Assembly (NCBI GenBank): GCA_964016885.1
Contig: OZ024740.1
Coordinates: forward strand, 131,130,001-131,194,000
DNA from: Eledone cirrhosa
Lineage: Eukaryota
Direction: 5' to 3'
Length of the DNA stretch: 64,000 nt
A program made the translations under genes and the position numbers. The notes under the pieces were generated by a model that was not told where the DNA came from, searched no databases, and saw only the letters and a program-made list of their open reading frames with translations. Positions 31,690-46,569 of the stretch are shown here, piece after piece (the stretch's first letter is position 1; each line of letters begins with the position of its first letter).

Positions 31690-32200
31690 TATACTTCCCA
31701 TTGCCTCAAAAATGAAGAAAAAATATAAGATCATGCAATGTGGTTTCAATATCCACTTGCAACCAATACCCAAAACAATATATATATATGACCGGTAGTA
31801 TATGATCGATGTTTGCAATTGGAGTTTAAATCCAACAATTAAAAACATGTGCTTGAGAACATGACTAGTAATCGAAAAAGTAATTCGGAAACAATCAACC
31901 GTCATTATTCGACCTATTTCATTATTTTTTCGTGATTTTAAGGTGTGTATTGGATCACCCTGTTTTCTGGTGCTGAATACTATTCCTAGATGAACAACGG
32001 GGCAGCCTCTTCCTGAAATTAGTCTATATTTTATGGAACATTTGACAAATTCGTGCAAAGTTGACGGAGTTTTCACCTGTTTGACAAGAGTGACTCATTG
32101 GTTTAAACGTGCTGCAAATTTTTCCAGTTCATCTGTACGTGAAAAATGTGAAATAATGAACTTCTTTAAGAAAAGACCATGCCACCTGGAAGGCGACACA
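31690..32200 (-). pseudogene. Possible decayed Tc1/mariner-type transposase N-terminal half
   Basis: FIISHF...FAARL...PSTLHEFVK...SGRGCP...SHVLKH...FKLQLQ...CKWIL...FFIFEA has the spacing of HTH-SGRP...YKIQ...FC.W...FSDEA. Confidence 0.35.
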
Positions 32201-32719
32201 TAGACTTCCTATTTTAAACCGAAGAAAATGCCAATTATGCGACACTCGTCCCAAAACGATTGTTAATAATAGTTACAAATGAAAGCATAACTCCAATATT
32301 TTAGTTTGAATGTAAAATCAATTTTATGTACCGCAATATTTGTCAGTGAATCTCCTTATAACTGAAATTCATTCGCATATACCCATAACACGTGCCACTT
32401 TTGTAATGTTCTTAATTCTTAGTCATATCTCGTTAAGAATGCTTGTTAGTTCGCTGCAGCAGAATTGTGACCTTCTGTGTGTAAGTATAAAGAAGAAGGT
32501 AGTGAGTCGCTCGGTATCAACTAGGGTATATATATATAACTTCTCTTTAGGGTATATATATAACTTCTCTTTAGAGGGGACATTATTTTATGGAATATAT
32601 TAAAACGTTTTGCTACTATTAAATCTATTGTAGCTGTGTCATAAACAAATATAAACCTTATACGCTGCAATACGTCAATACATTTAACTTGGGTCCTGTG
32701 CACGACAATGAACTGCATC

Positions 32720-35700
32720 CGGTGTCCAGGCTCCAGTTCGAGAACTCTTGGGTACTGGAGTGTATGGAATTAACCCTTAGCCCTCATTACACGCTGCTGC
32801 GAATTGGAACGAGGCAGTAGTATCTCACAAGTTACCATCTATGAGTTAACCTGACTCAGGCTTAACGTGCAAAGACCCTACATATATGGACGTGTTTTAT
32901 AGCATCCAACAGCTACGCCCAGCCTGAGTGATTGCCTGCGTACCTTGTAGGAAGGGTTTCCAACCAAGTCTAGGCGTAACAGAGTGATGTAAATCCTACG
33001 ACAGGAGAACCATGCTCTCAATATCTCACCTTAACAGGCCATGGCAGATGAAAGTCGGGTATAAATGGTGGAGCCATGTTTAGGGTTATGATTAGGGTTA
33101 CACTGCACCTGAAAGCCCTTGTGCACAGGCTTGAAGAACTTGTCCGCGACAACCTATCACTCCAGTCTTTGTAGTGATTGGAAAAGGGTGAAAACGTCAG
33201 CTGTAAGATAACGCTGGAAGACGGAGTTCAAATCCAATATTGAGGCGGTTAAGTATATTAGTCGGCTGATGTTGACATCGTTTGGCACACTCTGAATTAC
33301 AAAGCAACCTTCTCTAGGGAAAGCACTGGGACTTACAAACGCTGTCCTAAACAAGGCTGGTACCCTACACACGCAGTTGGAAAAAAATTGCTAACCTATT
33401 ATTCTGACCGCATCAAGGCTATGCACCTGTCCTGAGTAAACATCAATATGCCATGCTCTTCTACGTGTGCTCCCGAACGCTTCAAGCAAATTCTGCGGAA
33501 AAAAATAATTTTAAGGCGGCAAGATCATAATCATTGTTAATTAATCTCGGCGGGATTGCTTGACAGATATGGCGCTGGTAACGAAAATGAAAACGGGGGT
33601 ATTCCTTTGGAGTTCTGTAGAGAAAAGCAATTCATCATCACGGACACAATCTTCAAGCAAAAGACCTTTTGCATATTTGAGTGAAGACAGGTGTGGGATT
33701 TCCACCGACTTTCTACCCGTTCACTGTAAACCCATGCTCCACTTTAAACCCAAATCACAAAAAGGAGGGGTCTCAGGAAAATGTTAAATGTTGGCAGTTT
33801 CCAGTTAGCTGATGTGATAGCTAAATTCCAGGCCGCCATTTAGTCGAGGCTTGGAAATGCAAGTTTGCTCACAGATACTTCTACAGAATTACTGAATTAC
33901 AATTCTGTAAACATTTGGGGATGTCATATGCTTCACCATAAAAAAAGGCAAAGAGAGATATGCCAGAAACATTAAGGAAATTCAAACGTTGCATGGGATG
34001 GAGGGATCCACACACCAGGCCCACTTGGCTCAGGCATCTTGCCTGTTCTCTAGCTGAAATTTCGAGAGATCAAGAACAACTGGTGAAATAACCTCACTGA
34101 TAATATTCTGTTTTGTGCAAATATCGCAGTCAAAGGGTATGTGGTCATATATATATATATATATCAGGTCTAGAGTCCTTTTTTCAGTACAGATGTCTAG
34201 GTGATCCATTAAACTGTAGGTCAGTATAATTCCAAGAACTATTCAGGCCTAACCTCACCTTCCTGAAATCAACAATATTCTGCATTTTCCAACAAACAAT
34301 AAAAGCGGAACTGGATAAACTTTCCATCAATAAAGAGAGCTCCAATGCCATATAGCAGATAACAGGTGGCTACTCAGCAGGGAGTGATGGAATTACTCCC
34401 GAGTTTTGGAAGCATGGAATTTAGCCCTACATTCAAACCTCCACGAGCACCTAGTATGTTTCTGAGAAAAGGGAAATGTACGAAACTTATTCCACGATGC
34501 AGTCATTATCCCCAGTACAAGAACAAAGGTTAAAATGCAGAGTTTAAGTTTCTGAAGGATGACATTGTATTCTTTCGTGGGTAAAATCTTCACACGGATT
34601 CTACTGAAGAGACTGGAACACATATTTGCTGGAAAACAATTTCCAGAGACCCAATCTGGCTAGAGTCGCTTCAGCAGGAGCAGAAGACCCACAGTGGTGG
34701 TGTATGTCCTCTGGCAGTTCCATGATAACTGTTGGGAGCAAAATAAAGGGTTTTATATGGCATTCTTTGACTAATGCATCCGATACAGTAAGCATAAAAA
34801 TAATGTGATAAATCCTTGAACGAATCGCTCTTCTCCAAACGTTCTTGAACATGGTCTTCAAGATGAACGAAGACAGCTGTGACCATTACAGATTCACCAG
34901 TGACGTGTAAGAGTCCTTACTTATCATCAAATTAGTAAGGCAGCGATGCATTCTGGCACCGACTATCTTCGCATCTCCTTTATGAAAGAGAACGGAGATA
35001 CTACACCAGCCTGCATAGTGGAAAGAATAATCCCATTTCACAAATGCAGAGACTGATCTGACAACGTTTCATCGGTAGGCCCACGTGATATGCACCATCA
35101 CGGCATATGCCCAAATCGTCTGGAAAATCAATAAGAAACTGGCAAATACAAGCAGAGCATTTGACAGGTTGTAAAACACTTGTGGAACAATCAACCCTGC
35201 AAAAGGGTACACAAATGAGAGTGTTCAGAGCCGTAATCCTTCCCACCCTTTTTAAATCTTAGATTCGTGAATATCTTATCCTTACCACTATCGACTACTC
35301 AACAGTTTCCACCAGCGTTGCAGCTGCACCATTCTCCACATAAACTGGAGTGACTCTCATCAACATTGAAGTCCTTGAACGAAAGGACGTCACCATCATC
35401 GAGGTCATGCTGCTGAAGTCGCAATCATGCTGGGCAGAGCATGTCTCCATGATAATGCTGGCCAACACGACGATGGTGCTAAAAAAAGCGGTAAAAAGAA
35501 TGTTTCAAAAAATATCTTCTTAGCAGTCATCGCCGGTATTTCACCCTGGCTGAAAACAGCGACGCCAGATCTTCCACCATTAACAGTGCTGTCTCCTCCT
35601 TAGTAAAAATACGCTGGGCCTCCCTAAAGGACAAAAAGTGCATAAGAAAGAATAGCAAAACCACATCATCAAACCCTGACCACACTTTCAGCTGAAGCCT

Positions 35701-35790
35701 CTATAGCCATGCTTGCCTGAACTGTCACAAGCGTTCCAGCAGTCAATTAGGATCTCCCCCATCATAACCTCCGTTGGTGAAGCTACGCGA
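32720..35790 (+). mobile_element. Decayed, near full-length RTE/BovB-like LINE (APE endonuclease plus RT, internal deletions)
   Basis: Cross-frame motifs YGAGNENENG..LLEFCREKQFIITDTIF, AGSDGITPE, VGKIFTRILLKRL, LTNASDTV, VRQRCILAPTIF, RVFRAVILPTL, LNSFHQRC..IL.I.W and LLKSQSCWAEHVS. Confidence 0.85.
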
Positions 35791-37669
35791 TTATCGATAC
35801 ATTTATTTCCCAGTTATTCTTGTATGCAAAATTCATCATATAATCACTTAGCATTTCTAGGCAAAACAACATATATTGTAGTTAAAATTACATTCCGTTA
35901 CAAATGTGCATGGCTATATGTATTGAAGTTTCATAAATAGGTGATCGTAGTTTAAACAGCGTAGCATAAACACATCACATCCTATGTATTTTCAGGCACT
36001 AGCTATTAAAATTGATATAAAAAACAAGTATTGATAGTCAGAGATGCGTATATATATGTGTGTGTGCGTATGTATATATATATATATGTGTGTGTGTGTG
36101 CGTGTGTGTGTGTTTGTGTATGTGTATGTGTGTGTGTGTGTGCATAGTGTGTGCGTGCGTTGGAGAAATACATACATATATACATACTTATAATATTGTA
36201 TATATGTGTGCGTATGTATTTTCATATGATACACCTGAGAGATTGTTGTCAATGAAATTGAAATAAGTTTAAACAAAGTGTGTATACCTTATAAGCGTTT
36301 GTTTGGAGGAATTGCTTAGCAACAATGTATTACTGTTTTTTTAGTAAAAACGTTGATGTGGGCATCTTTTATTACCACCACCTATCTCAGATTATTTTAA
36401 TAAATTTACCCTGTTGGAACGAAATCAAGGTGTGTTCATCATTTCGATGAAGCGAATTAATGATGCGTAAATCATGGGTAGTATAGATGTTTGAACAATT
36501 ATCTACTCTGTTGAAATGGGCATAGCTGTAGTATTTAAAAAGAAAAGTCTCACCTCGCATGATTTACATTAAATACAATATAATATGTGAACGTGTGTCA
36601 GCTATGTTCTGATGGATATAATAATTATTGCAAGGGCTATACTAATATTAATGATGATGATTGGGGGAAAAATACTAATGGAAAGGCAATGGTGATTATA
36701 ATAATGATGAGTGGGGAAGTGATTGGAAGAACTGTAGAGAATTGCGAGAGAAGAAGTGGATAATGATGATAAAGGTTACACTTTATTCTAAGATATAAGC
36801 ATATCGATATTAGTGAACATTAATATATTCTATGAAACGTGCATTAACTGATAATATATTTAATGATTTACTTAAAATGATATATAGTTAAAACATCTTT
36901 ACTTATTTGTTATCGATTTGTTCATTTAATCTGCCGTAGAACCCAAAACCTCACATACTATGTTTACCTCCATTCTATCCTGCTATCCCAACTGACAGGC
37001 TACACCTAATAGTTACATATGTCCTCAAAATTTATCTCTGTATCAGAAACGTTCTAATCTCACTTAAATTATCCATTCACTGCAGAAGGTTTCATTGTTC
37101 ACACATTTATGCATTTATGCATACATATTTCTTCATATTTACTTTGCTTTAAACTCGGCATTCAGTTGTTTCTGCCCTATTTGTGTCGTTCATGCATTCG
37201 CAGCGCCACCCCCACCCCCATACACACATACACAAACATTATTTTATTGTGTGTGGGTTGTTTGAATGTGTGTGCGTGGTTAAATGCATTTGCATGCGCA
37301 GGATTTTTGTAAATGAATATTTATGAATTATGAATTTCATTTCAAAAGAAATGCGATTCACCTAATAGGTTATAAATAGCTATATGTTTCGCTCTTTCCC
37401 TGATTGGATTGGGTTACATTATTCATTTGGTTAAATTTGGTGAATAGGAGTTGATTTCTCAAAAGAGCAATTTATAAAGGTTTTTGGTATGAATTCCATT
37501 AATAGACCTAAATAAATCATTGATTTAAAACTTTTTTCAATGAAAACATGGCCATCTGTATGGAATCAGATTTATTTTACGGTAATATAGATAATGTTAT
37601 CAGTAATATCAACCCCTGATATCACTATTTTAATTAAAACACACGCACCACTCACATACACATGATGGC

Positions 37670-38190
37670 TGCAAACGTTGCTAAGAGTATTGCAATCGCT
37701 TGTCAGATTATAGAGTTTGGTGCACGTTTAGGCTACGGTCAGCCACACGAAAGTATTCCATATCCTGAACAAGAAATGCTTGTGCTTTGAATGCCTGTTA
37801 AGTGGGGAAAGGCCTTACACTCGCCCAATCCCACTCTCTGAACATCAAAAACACTACTCGAAATGGAGAACTGATCAACATCATCGAATGCTTCATAAGC
37901 TGCAGGGTTTCTTTTTCAGAGTTCTCCTCTCTTAGAAAGGTGTTGTGACAACAACTGGGGTCTTTCACTCCCACATGAAAAAAGAAAAATTATTTTGATG
38001 GCTGTTGACTCTGCTGTGTTCATCCGCCCTTCGCCGGCACTTGTATTTCATCCCGAAGGGGGTCCATATATCACCCTCCTCACCAAGCTAGCTTTGTGGA
38101 GTTTCCGGTTTAGTCGCCGACCACCCGATCATGGGACAGGTTGTACTCGATTACCTGTTACCAGTAGCGCTCGAGAGCGACCTGACATAA
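37670..38190 (-). mobile_element. Probable LINE 5'-UTR fragment
   Basis: Higher-GC island between CA/TA repeats that resembles LINE leader repeats from memory. No coding motif seen. Confidence 0.3.
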
Positions 38191-38934
38191 TATACATACA
38201 TACACATACACATACATACACGCATATGTGCACTTACACACACACACGCACACACACATACACACATACACACATACACGCACACACACACAAACACATG
38301 TAAATAAGTGTTTGTGCAATTTTGTGTGTGCGTGTGCCTGTGAAATATGTATCTTTGCAAATACAAAGGACGTGCGACATATACCATCATTTGAGGAGAT
38401 GAGAAAGTCGCTTCAAGTATTCTTAGCTGACTTGGAAAATGTGTAATTATATATTGCACATTACATTTGCTTGCTTTCACTGCACCAATTGTAGTGTACA
38501 GCTTATGTAGACCTTTGTCTATTGTTGTTGAGAATTTATTTGGTTAATTTTAATTGTATTTACGAAGACATATTTGAACATATTAACTTTTCGAATCTAA
38601 ACTCTGTTAGTGTGCGGTATCATACAAATGGTTTCCAAACTACTATTATGGGGTACAATAAACTTTACACTGGCGATAATATTTAGGAGAAATTCAAAAA
38701 AAGGAATATTTTCGAAAATTGATAGAAGTTAGTAAGTGAAAATTATCAAATGAAGCAAAATTGTAGAGATTTCCAATAATTAAGGGATTTAATGACCTAT
38801 GTACTTTTAACTGACGCTATTATCAGTAGAGAATGTGCGGATAACTGATGCTGTAGACCAGATCCGATCACAGAAGAGCCAAACTCCCACTGTCATCGCC
38901 CCCATCTCTCACGCCCTCCCCATCTCTCATCTCT

Positions 38935-39270
38935 CACTATTTTGAGCAAATGGGGTCCAACGTGCTGGCTGCCACAGGACCCCGGCGGCAAAATGGAGAA
39001 GGCGTTTCTTCGGAGGATGGTAAGTGAGATGCACTGGAAGAGACATTCCATCTTGCGGCATTCACATCTGCGGCTCGCCAGCTCAGCGACTATAGTGGTT
39101 AGTAGGGAGGTAGCCTTAGGGCCAAGGACACCAGAAGTATCCACTGCTAGGGGCTCGACTGAAAACTTCTCAGAGAGCGCCCGTACTTGGAGAGTTTACT
39201 CTCTCAACCCGATGAGCAGCAGAATCTGGGTTAGTCACAGACTGTACCAGGTTGCCGCTTCAACAATGTA
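38935..39270 (-). mobile_element. 3' end of a CRE-like (restriction-like endonuclease) non-LTR retrotransposon
   Basis: LSEKFSVEPLAVDTSGVLGPKA...LFQCISLTILRRNAFSIL resembles the P.A.ET.G..G...QRLS.A..RGNA C-terminus of CRE elements. Confidence 0.65.
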
Positions 39271-42200
39271 AACAAATCAATGGCATACATGCTTAGAAGT
39301 GTAAAATGATGCGTATTCGTTAAATGTTTTCGTATATACTGACGGAATTCGCCCCAACGTAACTGAAAGTTGTATCTCACCACTATATGGTAAGAGCAGT
39401 TATGTGTATATGTGTATATGTGTATATAATTTCACCACTTCAATTTACGTATTTGTTTGATAATACTTGCTTCGAAAAACCCGTTTGAAACCCTGCGATA
39501 TATTTCGTAATAAACTATGTGTTTTTAATATTCTTGAGAATAATTGACTTAGGAAATGTAATCCGCATACATAGTGGCGTAATTCCCAGAAATAACACAG
39601 TGAATATCATGACTTGACTACAAAGTATAATTCTGTCAGGAATAAGAAGCAACTTAAAACGATGATAATATTAATATAATGTTATTACTTAGAATCACTT
39701 GATAGAATACTGCATATGTAATGAAACTGTTCCAATTTCTATTCTCTAATGTTAAAATTCACAGCACTTCAACTGAAGTGATGTGAAGATGTATAATTAA
39801 TTGCGTGGAAGTACTGACAGACAAATTATTTATGCACAATCATTTCACTGAGTGTCGTAGATGAGAATTCGTGTAAAATAAATACACGCATTTTTTTAAT
39901 GACAGTAATAATCTCTGTCTAAGGATCATATCAGTATTCGGTATATCATTGAACATTAAATCCTCTGCAAAAACGTTGAATAGCAATAATCATGTTACAA
40001 CCACATATCAGACAGATTATTGGAAAATACGTCATAAGTTTTACAAAATTATCCGTAGCACAGTGTGATCACATATGTTGCCTAAATGTCTAAGCTGTGG
40101 CTTTTATATATATTTGGTAGCTTTCAAACAACAAATTAATTTTGTAGTTATATTTCTTTATTTAGCACATCGTTATATTTATATTTTCAATGCTTTTAAT
40201 TTGAAAGCCATAAATGGATTAATCTTAAAATAAATGTGCATTGCACGAAATGTGTAAATGTTAATTGCTAATTAACATGTTTTTATTTTACACACAATTG
40301 AGTTAAGTTTGCGTATTGTTTTATCTCATATTTAATAGAATTATCTAAAGTAAATATAGATGTAGTCATTAAGAAATAGAGAAGAGTGAAAGAAATAATG
40401 TCATCTCACTCTATTTACATTGTAAATAAAATTAATCATAATTTAAATACAATTATTAGTTTAGAAATATATCTGAACAATTCACAATGTGTATGCTTTA
40501 GAAGAAGCGCCAGAAAACACACTTTAAATATGTTAATTATTCTCAAAATTAGATAAATATTCAATTGCGACGTTATGTATTTAAAAAGCACCAAAATTGC
40601 CGTGGAGAAAATCACACGAAAGATATAAATTTATATATATACTAGTAAAATACTAGCCCGGGTTACCAGCATATATATATATAAATATATATATAATTCA
40701 TTTTATCCATATATATATGTGTGTGCCTGTGCGTGTTTCTGTGAGTGTGTATGTGTGTGTGTGTGTGAGTTTGTGTGAGTAGGTATATATTCATGTTATT
40801 AGTGTTGAATACAGTGTCTTGTTACACTGGAGTTTCGGTACAATACATTAGAAAATACAAAGGACAAGTGATAGTAAATGATAAAATAATAAAACAAAGT
40901 AAATAATACTTTACACATATATCATAGAGGAGACTGCTGAACATAAACTAATCCTCACGTCCAAATTGCTCTATCTGCAACGCAGAATTGTGCATGAGAG
41001 CATATATGGTCCTTCGATCACGTGCAAATAGTGCAGCACCACATACATAAGAAGTAGTATACGCATACGAATCAATGATCACGTGACAATATGTGTCTCA
41101 TCCGTGAGTGGGGTGAGAAGGGGAAGGAGAAGCAGAAGAAGCAGAAGAAGAAGAGAAGAATACACATGCACAGATACAAAGCATATGTACATGCACACAA
41201 ATAACTCAAAACATCCACACCCACACATACATTAACATCCATACCTACACACACATCTATACATGAAGACATTATAAATGTCTACCTAGTTGATGTTATT
41301 TACATTGCAATGAGAATCTTGTATCTATGTTAGAAACCGACTCTATATATGTTGGTAAAAATTCATAAAAATTATAAAACAAGAACATAAAGACAGTGTG
41401 CGCAACCGAGATAAGCACCAATGTGTATAAATGTATACATATATCTAGCATGTAAGAGTCTCGTCAAAAATAGTGTATGTCATCCAATCAACCACAAGGA
41501 AACATTTATTTGATGGGTATATATACCCATTAAGTCACGGTCGTATTCTTAAATGGACTTACTAATTTGCATTTAATTAGCGCTCGTCAAGTTAATAAAT
41601 TAAGCGAGGAGCCGAAGTCTATAGCGTCATATATGTATACACACAGAATGTGTAATCGAAATAGCACCACCGTGCATCAATATAGACACACATCTAATAT
41701 GTAGCTATGTAAGCAAGTCAGGAAATACGAATTTCCATGTAAATTGGAAAATGATGGTAATTTCATCGGATCATATTGGACCCTCATTTGAACAATGTTA
41801 AAAGGAATAAAACGACATATTTTATTCCACGTATCTTATGTTGCTGAATGTTATTAGAGTGTTATTTTACTTGGATCCCACATATTTCTTATACGATACG
41901 ATGGTAAACATAGACGCAATGTATGAAAAAAATAAACGTTTAAAAAGAAAAAAAGCTAACGTTTAGTTCTCACGTGTGTGCATCACTGGGGAAAATATTT
42001 CTTTAATTCGTTTAATGCATATTATTCTTAAAATCATTAGTCCAATGTCGTCTTTAGATCGAAACATTACTTTGAGTCTAAACATATTATAAATGTTGTT
42101 TGGAAGAAGACACACAATTTTCTTGTCGAAATGTTATAGTATTAAATTAACTATATTTTAGATCTATAAAATCAACTCAATGTAAACATAGTTCTTGACG

Positions 42201-43236
42201 ATGAGACACTATTCGAAATGAAGTTAAATTAAATTATTTATTGCAAAGATTATGAAGGATTATAACGTCTGGAAAAGATAAGAGCTTTTTTTCTGCTCGC
42301 AATGGAAGCGACTCAAATGTTAACAAGCAACAATATGCATTCTTGAGAAACCATTATTCGCTAAGGAACTGCGTAACATTTACGTAGTATGAATCTTCAA
42401 AAATAGATACACTCTGTCGGAGTCCTCAGCTTATTCGTCTCTGAGACAAATATTGTATCAGGTGGTTAAATAGCTATCTCTTCTTATTAAATGATAGACA
42501 TTAAATTCAAAATATATTATTCAAAAGTTGAATCAGTGTAGTTAGGTACTACAAATTGATTGCATTGTGTGTGGCAAGATAAACTACTAGAACAGGAATA
42601 GAGCACAATAATTTGATACGACATAACATCTACAACTTATAGGCTATTTGTCATAAGGATGCACATTTCTGATAATAGCTCCTTTCCGCTATGACATAAT
42701 TCCCATGATATTAGAGATTGTACATAAATTCAAGGAATGCATGTTGTGATTAATCTCAATGTGTTGAAGTCGTCAAAGGAAGAAATATCATTTACGGGAT
42801 ATATACAACAGAATATATACAACACATTAAGATGATGTAATTGATTTCTTCAATAATTTATTACCGTTCAATTGATTCTATACAAGAGCCAAACAATAGT
42901 AACGTCACATCAATTAAATTAAATAAAATGTAAAAATGTTTATTATTAAAATTGCTACGTGCCATTGATCGCAGTACATCTTCCAGGGCATTAATTATAA
43001 TCTAAGACCTGTTGAACGAACAAGCAAAGAGAGGAAAGGAAATAAATCTATCGTATGTGCTATTATATACACACCTATTATGAACCACGGTATGTTAGTC
43101 CTTTTGACAATTACTACAAGACGATGAACATCGAAATATATACAGATGAACAATACTAGTGAGTAAATTCCGCCGATGGCAAATATAGAAACCCGTTAAA
43201 CAAATGTTAGATATAATTATATGGTTAGTAACTTAC

Positions 43237-43305
43237 CTGTAACAGAAGAGTATGCATATTGTGTTCGTTGATGTATGTGTTTAGGAATGAAAGAATGTTT
43301 TACCA
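43237..43305 (-). CDS. Candidate 69-nt phase 1-1 exon of an unidentified host gene (or a recursive splice site)
   Basis: Minus strand reads tttttcgaatttgtactgtttcatgtccAG|69 nt|GTAAGT. The only open frame is VKHSFIPKHIHQRTQYAYSSVT. Confidence 0.3.
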
Positions 43306-44387
43306 CTGGACATGAAACAGTACAAATTCGAAAAAGCGACTTCCTTAAGTAAATCAAGTTACGACATTGGCCATAATACAATCACGACTAATCCTATAAT
43401 TGTAAAGCGTAAAGCGTGGTAAGTCAACGTAGACTTGTATTAAACGTTTGTTTTTGTTTATTTCGTTGTAACATGATTGTATTATTATGGGTTATCACAT
43501 TGTCCGGAGAGATAAACATTATTCTCATATTTATTTCATATTGTTCCAGTCGGTGTGCTGATTGAATTTGGATTATGATTCAAAATTTCTGAAATAATGT
43601 GAAGTCAATATTATAAAATATAAGTCTGTTGTCAAGAATAAAGGATTTGAGAATATGCATAGATTGAATAACATTATTTTTTTTAATTTCCGAATTTTTA
43701 TTTTACTACTTTGATATACATTATACATAAACTGAGAGAAAGCAATACGCTTGCAATTAACTTTTTAGAAACATTACTTATGGATATCATGTTTTACAAC
43801 GGAAAGTTAATAAGTATATTATTGATTACTTCTTACTTCTACCTTCATTACAAATTCATGAATAAGAAACATCATGTTGATTTGTCAGCAGAAGAATCAA
43901 AATTGAAACGCTGATGTATATATTTTTATAAGATTAAACATGGTGATGATACACAGAAATACATATAAACTCTGAAGATATACACTCCTGCGTATTTTTA
44001 ATTGTCAAAATATTACAATAAAAGAAGAACAAAGATATGTGAATGCAGAATCCAGTAACTAGAATATAATGTCATGAATGATATACAGAAAATGGAAGAT
44101 TACCCGAAACGATGATTGTATAGTTATTAAGACGAAATCCAATATACCTTTCTTATATTTGCATCATTTTCAGATGGGTTCATATTAGTGTTACATTCTG
44201 AAAATTATATTTCGGTAATTATGTATGCAATATAAGTGAGAGTACATAATACGGGATTTTGAAGTAAATATGGGTACTTATACTTACAAATGATGCATAC
44301 ATTGACACGAACGCATATCTTTGTAATTCCAAGTGGATTATGTTACATGTGGCTCACGTCAAATGGAACACGCAGACTCGAGTCACC

Positions 44388-44423
44388 TTGAATGATGCAT
44401 TAATTTGGGTTACGATTAAATTT

Positions 44424-44483
<60 letters not shown>

Positions 44484-44518
44484 TTGAATGATGCATTAAT
44501 TTGGGTTACGATTAAATT

Positions 44519-44550
<32 letters not shown>

Positions 44551-44570
44551 GATATATATATATTTATTTA
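44388..44570. repeat. ~96-bp tandem duplication containing a (CA)n(TA)n tract
   Basis: ttgaatgatgcattaatttgggttacgattaaatt at 44388 and 44484. Confidence 0.9.
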
Positions 44571-46480
44571 TTCATACATGAACAGTTGAAAGTGAAGTAA
44601 AGCACTGAAGTAATTCTAAAGCACTGAAGTAATTCTAAAAGTTCTTTAAACTGACAATAAATATTTTTATATTTATTAAATGAAACAATACCGACTTCGG
44701 TCGTTATGACAAAATTATGAATTTGTTAAAGATCTGTTTATATACTTTCTCGGCTATTAAACATGATGTATTTTTTCCTTAAATTCATTTTCCCTTATTC
44801 TTTTACATAGTTGAGATGATAAGGGTAGAGTCAGTTTCAAATAGTCACTAATCAATTGATTTACGAGACGCGTCACTTGATTCAAATCGAGAGTATTTTT
44901 TCCATGAATCATAACAACTGAGTTTGATGTTGTGACAGGTGTGTGGGCATAAGTCGTTTTCCCTCGCGTTAAACGGTTGTTACATTTATCAAATAAATAA
45001 ATATAAATTGTGTGTGCATTTTCTACCTTCAAAGTTCTCATCATAAAAAAAACATCCCCCCATATGTATGGAATAACTGCGATTGAATATTGAATAGACA
45101 CATGAAAATATGAAATACTTGTACCCACCAGAATGACTTCTTCATGGATGGATACATATAAACAATACAAACATCTCCATTATGATATGTGTATAGAAAA
45201 ATAACATGAATCGCAGTGGCACGAAGGTAACCCAACATTCAGCAATGTTATCGTAAGTTTCCTCGGGAAAACTATTTACAATTATCGCTATTTACTATAA
45301 AATCGAGTAGAAAATATAGCAACGGAACTAGAGTTATTAAATAGTTGAATCACAAAAGTTGTCCGGAAAATAGAAACGGATATTTCCTATAAAACAACTC
45401 AATTCAAACAGTACATTCTATTCACACCAAAACATCAAAAAGAGGCTAAAAAGAATGTTATATAAGAAGAGGGAAAACATCAAATACACTCTAAATAAAA
45501 CTTTCTATGGGTGAAAATATGTAAACAATATTTGAAACACAACCAGACATCACAGCAAATCTTATTCAGAACACTAAAATATATACTTACTGTAACAAAA
45601 CTAAAAAAACAAATCCTCAATCCTATGTTACACAATGTGAAAGAACAAACTGTTTTGCCTGCTTATACCTAATTGGAGGACCAGATTTCAAATTCAAATA
45701 TAGAAAAACAGTCAGAGTAAAAGAATTTCTTCTGCAATTCTGAAAATATAATCTATGTAATTGTATATTGTAGATGTTAAGCAAATAAATGAATACACTC
45801 CGCATAATAATCTGATGAAAACGTGAGACAAATTGCAATATTATATGGGAATGGACTAACGAAATTTTAGAATATCCCCATTCGAAGAAAGTTAAGATGC
45901 TTTTTCACAACGGAGAATCAAGTAAAAATCAATGTATTGACAAATATTAACCACTCGTAAAATTGTAATTGTTCCCAATTGGATAATGATCTAAGGGAAA
46001 AAAACTAATATTTTGCGCCAGCGTCAGTATTCTGTGATAGGTGCAAATGACAAAGTCACTATTTTAAATTCGGTATTCACTCTAACATTAACCTGCGGTG
46101 ATGTATCCTGTGTAATGATGTAAAGAATACGATCGCCAAAGCAAGTTGTCGAAATGTTCCTCGGAATGTTTTTCTCTGTGTAACGTTACTCGATAGAGAT
46201 CAGAGATCAGAAATGTACTACAGAGAGAACCGCTACTTCTCCGAAATTTGAGATCAGAGGTCAGATAATAGAGACATATGGTCAGAATGACTCACGAATT
46301 TTGCGAGCAAAACTAGCTGGCAGGAGATTCATTTATATTGCCCGGGCAAGATGTTTGATTAACTTCAATGAGTTTGATTGTACTCGCTTGGGGATCCAGT
46401 CGGATCAATTGGAGGTGGTTGCTTGTTAGAGTACATGCTAGAAGGCGTGCTACAAGACACTGCTTCCAGGACAATCCCTG

Positions 46481-46560
46481 GAAGAAGAAGAAGAAGAAGA
46501 AGAAGAAGAAGAAGAAGAAGAAGAAGAAGAAGAAGAAGAAGAAGAAGAAGAAGAAGAAGA
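46481..46560. repeat. (GAA)n microsatellite, possibly the tail of a decayed LINE 3' end (46150-46480)
   Basis: The repeat is seen directly. The LINE origin is weak inference. Confidence 0.9.
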
Positions 46561-46569
46561 ATATTCTAT

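Noticed and set aside
45580-45612. Minus-strand ttttgttacagtaagt splice-like motif
   Set aside because: AG and GT overlap by one base, so it is not a valid recursive site. A 10-nt microexon would shift the frame and has no other support.
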